A DNA stretch of 64,000 nucleotides from an uncultured Actinomycetota bacterium (GTDB lineage Bacteria > Actinomycetota > Actinomycetes > Mycobacteriales > CADCTP01). Under the pieces are notes generated by a model. The model made no database searches. It saw only the letters and a list, made by a program, of their open reading frames with translations, and was not told the DNA's origin. A program made the position numbers and the translations under genes. Positions 62,016 through 64,000 of the stretch are shown in pieces. The number at the start of each line of letters is the position of its first letter. Within the stretch, counting starts at the first letter, position 1. The stretch is from positions 432,281-496,280 of the forward strand of contig CAWDLH010000008.1 of the NCBI GenBank assembly GCA_963803135.1. Direction: 5' to 3'.

Positions 62016-62264
62016 GTGACCGAGGCGGAGTGGCCGCTGTTCGAGGTGTTCGTCCGGGGGCGGCAGGCCCTCGCGCACGTGCACGTGGGTTCGCTGCACG
62101 CGGCCGACGAACAGATGGCGCTGCGCAACGCCCGCGACGTCTACACCCGGCGCAACGAGGGCGTGAGCATCTGGGTCATCCGTTCGGAGCTCATCACCGC
62201 CGCCGGCGCGGACGGCGAGCAGCCCGGGCCGGTGCACCCGCACCCGACGTTCCCGGCGAGCTAG
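62016..62264 (+). CDS. PaaB-like protein (phenylacetyl-CoA epoxidase subunit B homolog), orphan
   Basis: WPLFEVFVRGRQALAHVHVGSLHAADEQMALRNARDVYTRRNEGVSIWVI parallels E. coli PaaB WPLYEVFVRGKQGLSHRHVGSLHAADERMALENARDAYTRRSEGCSIWVV. The C-terminus is shortened but keeps HPTF. No paaA/C/D/E nearby. Confidence 0.75.
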   Translation: MTEAEWPLFEVFVRGRQALAHVHVGSLHAADEQMALRNARDVYTRRNEGVSIWVIRSELITAAGADGEQPGPVHPHPTFPAS

Positions 62265-62292
62265 GCCGCGCCCGCGTGGCACCCTGATCGGC

Positions 62293-64000
62293 GTGGGGGA
62301 ACGCGGCTCGCTGCGGGTCTACCTGGGCGCGGCGCCTGGGGTCGGTAAGACCTACGCGATGCTCAACGAGGCGCGCCGTCGGATCGAGCGGGGCACCGAC
62401 GTGGTCGTCGGGCTGGTCGAGACGCACGGGCGGGCCAGGACCGCGGCGTTGTTGGAGGATCTGGAGGTGTTGCCCCGCATGCCGGTGGCCTACCGGGGGG
62501 CGGTCTTCGGTGAGCTCGACGTGGCCGCGGTGATCGCCCGCCGGCCGCAGGTGGTGGTGGTCGACGAGCTGGCCCACACCAACACACCGGGCTCCGGCAA
62601 CGGCAAACGCTGGCAAGACGTAGAGGAACTACTCGCGGCCGGGATCGAGGTGCTGACCACCGTCAACGTCCAGCACCTGGAATCCCTCAACGACGTGGTG
62701 GCGACCATCACCGGCGTCCCGCAACGCGAGACCGTCCCGGACGCGGTCGTCCGCGCCGCCGACCAGGTCGAACTGGTCGACATCGCCCCCGAAGCGCTAC
62801 GCCGGCGAATGGCCCACGGCAACATCTACCCGGCCGACCGCGTCGACGCCGCCCTCGGCAACTACTTCCGCCTCGGCAACCTCACCGCCCTGCGTGAACT
62901 CGCCCTGCTCTGGCTGGCCGGCACCGTCGAGGAACAACTCGACCAATACCGCACCGACCACCACATCGCCGCCACCTGGGAAACCCGCGAACGCGTCGTC
63001 GTCGCGCTGACCGGCGGCGGCGAAGGCGACACCCTCATCCGCCGCGCCGCCCGCATCGCCGCCCGCAACACCGGCGCCGACCTACTCGCCGTCCACGTCA
63101 CCCGCTCCGACGGCCTCACCGACACCAACCCCGCCACCCTGACCCGACAACGAACCCTCACCGAGAGCCTCGGCGGCACCTACCACCACGTCGTCGGCGA
63201 CGACATCCCCACCGCCCTACTCGCCTTCGCCCGAGCCGAGAACGCCACCCAACTCGTCCTCGGCGCCTCCCGCCGCGGCCGCCTCGCCCAACTGCTCTCC
63301 CCGGGTGTCGGGGTGACCGTCACCGCCCGCTCGGGGTCCATCGACCTGCACATGGTCACCCACGACCGGGCGGGGCAGGGCCGCCGCCGGCTGCCCCGGC
63401 TCGCGGCCGGCGTCACCCTGCGCCGCCGGCTGTACGGGGTGGCCACCGCGGTCGTCCTGCTGCCTGGGCTGACCGCCGTGCTGTCGCTGTTGCGCGGCTC
63501 GCTCAACCTGACCAGCGACGTGCTGCTGTTCCTGCTCTCCGTCGTCGCCGTCGCGCTCGTCGGCGGCCTGTGGCCGGCGCTGGGCGCGGCGGTCGCCGCC
63601 TCCCTGCTGCTCAACTGGTTCTTCACCGAGCCGACCGGCCGGTTCACGATCGCCGAGCGGAACAACGCGCTCGCGCTGGCGGTGTTCGCCGCCGTGGCGG
63701 CGATGGTGAGCTGGGTGGTGGACCTGGCCGCGCGGCGCACCAGCCAGGCCGCCCGGGCCACCGCCGAGGCCGAGACGCTGTCCACGCTGGCCGGCGACGT
63801 GCTGCGGGGCGAGACCGCGCTGAGGGCGCTGCTCGACCGGGTCCGGGAGAGCTTCGGCATGGCCTCGGCCGCCCTGCTCGAGCGCGACCAGGACGGCCCG
63901 GGCTGGCACGTGGTGGCCGGCTCCGGCGGCGCACCCCGGCCGCGTCCCGAGGACGCCGACGTGGACGTCCCGGTCGCCGACGGCCTCGCGCTGGTGCTGC
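62293..64000 (+). CDS. kdpD: KdpD sensor histidine kinase (N-terminal KdpD/Usp/TM/GAF part; 3' end beyond the window)
   Basis: Not in the ORF track because it has no stop in the window. Hand translation: VGERGSLRVYLGAAPGVGKTYAMLNEARRR...VNVQHLESLNDVV...NIYPADRVDAALGNYFRLGNLTALRELALLW, then a Usp domain and four TM segments. Confidence 0.88.
   Translation, partial: MGERGSLRVYLGAAPGVGKTYAMLNEARRRIERGTDVVVGLVETHGRARTAALLEDLEVLPRMPVAYRGAVFGELDVAAVIARRPQVVVVDELAHTNTPGSGNGKRWQDVEELLAAGIEVLTTVNVQHLESLNDVVATITGVPQRETVPDAVVRAADQVELVDIAPEALRRRMAHGNIYPADRVDAALGNYFRLGNLTALRELALLWLAGTVEEQLDQYRTDHHIAATWETRERVVVALTGGGEGDTLIRRAARIAARNTGADLLAVHVTRSDGLTDTNPATLTRQRTLTESLGGTYHHVVGDDIPTALLAFARAENATQLVLGASRRGRLAQLLSPGVGVTVTARSGSIDLHMVTHDRAGQGRRRLPRLAAGVTLRRRLYGVATAVVLLPGLTAVLSLLRGSLNLTSDVLLFLLSVVAVALVGGLWPALGAAVAASLLLNWFFTEPTGRFTIAERNNALALAVFAAVAAMVSWVVDLAARRTSQAARATAEAETLSTLAGDVLRGETALRALLDRVRESFGMASAALLERDQDGPGWHVVAGSGGAPRPRPEDADVDVPVADGLALVL

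Overview
High-GC (>70%) actinobacterial chromosomal segment, densely coding on both strands. Many genes are translationally coupled through ATGA/GTGA stop-start overlaps. I recognised no rRNA, tRNA, CRISPR array, transposase, integrase or phage structural gene. Most long ORFs in the six-frame track are shadow frames of real genes, which is expected at this GC content.

Conserved backbone:
- lexA, with a divergent SOS-boxed LysM (ChiZ-like) gene.
- nrdR-nrdJ.
- Two paralogous DGPF(YciI)-ECF42 sigma modules.
- HxlR regulator and an oxidoreductase, trmO, mazG-like gene, an APC permease, an F420-type nitroreductase, a DsbA-like protein, a tricorn-like protease, a rhomboid, DUF72, zwf, corA, and kdpD (3' end beyond the window).
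- A purine-catabolism supercluster at 45.1-56.2 kb: xanthine dehydrogenase FAD/FeS/Moco subunits, an 8-oxoguanine/guanine-deaminase-like amidohydrolase, allantoicase, allantoinase, a CitE/HpcH-like protein, OHCU decarboxylase, HIU hydrolase and uricase.

Accessory-looking loci worth follow-up:
1. 11.8-13.6 kb: an ATGA-coupled three-gene cassette. The first protein has polymorphic-toxin architecture (T7SS-signal/WXG-like N-terminus, two TM segments, C-terminal Pol-beta nucleotidyltransferase). It is followed by a small partner and an RHH protein.
2. 33.4-37.9 kb: a divergent pair of a cytoplasmic TPR-CHAT protease and a signal-less S8 subtilase, plus a small unknown gene.
3. 16.8-19.6 kb: an LLM-oxidoreductase::UbiA-prenyltransferase fusion joined by a 36-bp repeat linker and coupled to a CPBP protease.
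4. 25.0-28.5 kb: an operon of rhomboid, NUDIX::NYN fusion and a degenerate SF1-helicase-like protein.

Other points:
- At least eight unrelated short-period tandem-repeat arrays (9, 15, 16, 18, ~27, 30, 36 and 50 bp) occur, several exactly at gene ends or in divergent promoter regions.
- Three decayed genes are visible: an nrdR-like remnant, a frameshifted MDR oxidoreductase, and a truncated MocR-type aminotransferase with a 50-bp duplication.
- All functional calls rest on motif and family recognition by eye. No database search was run.
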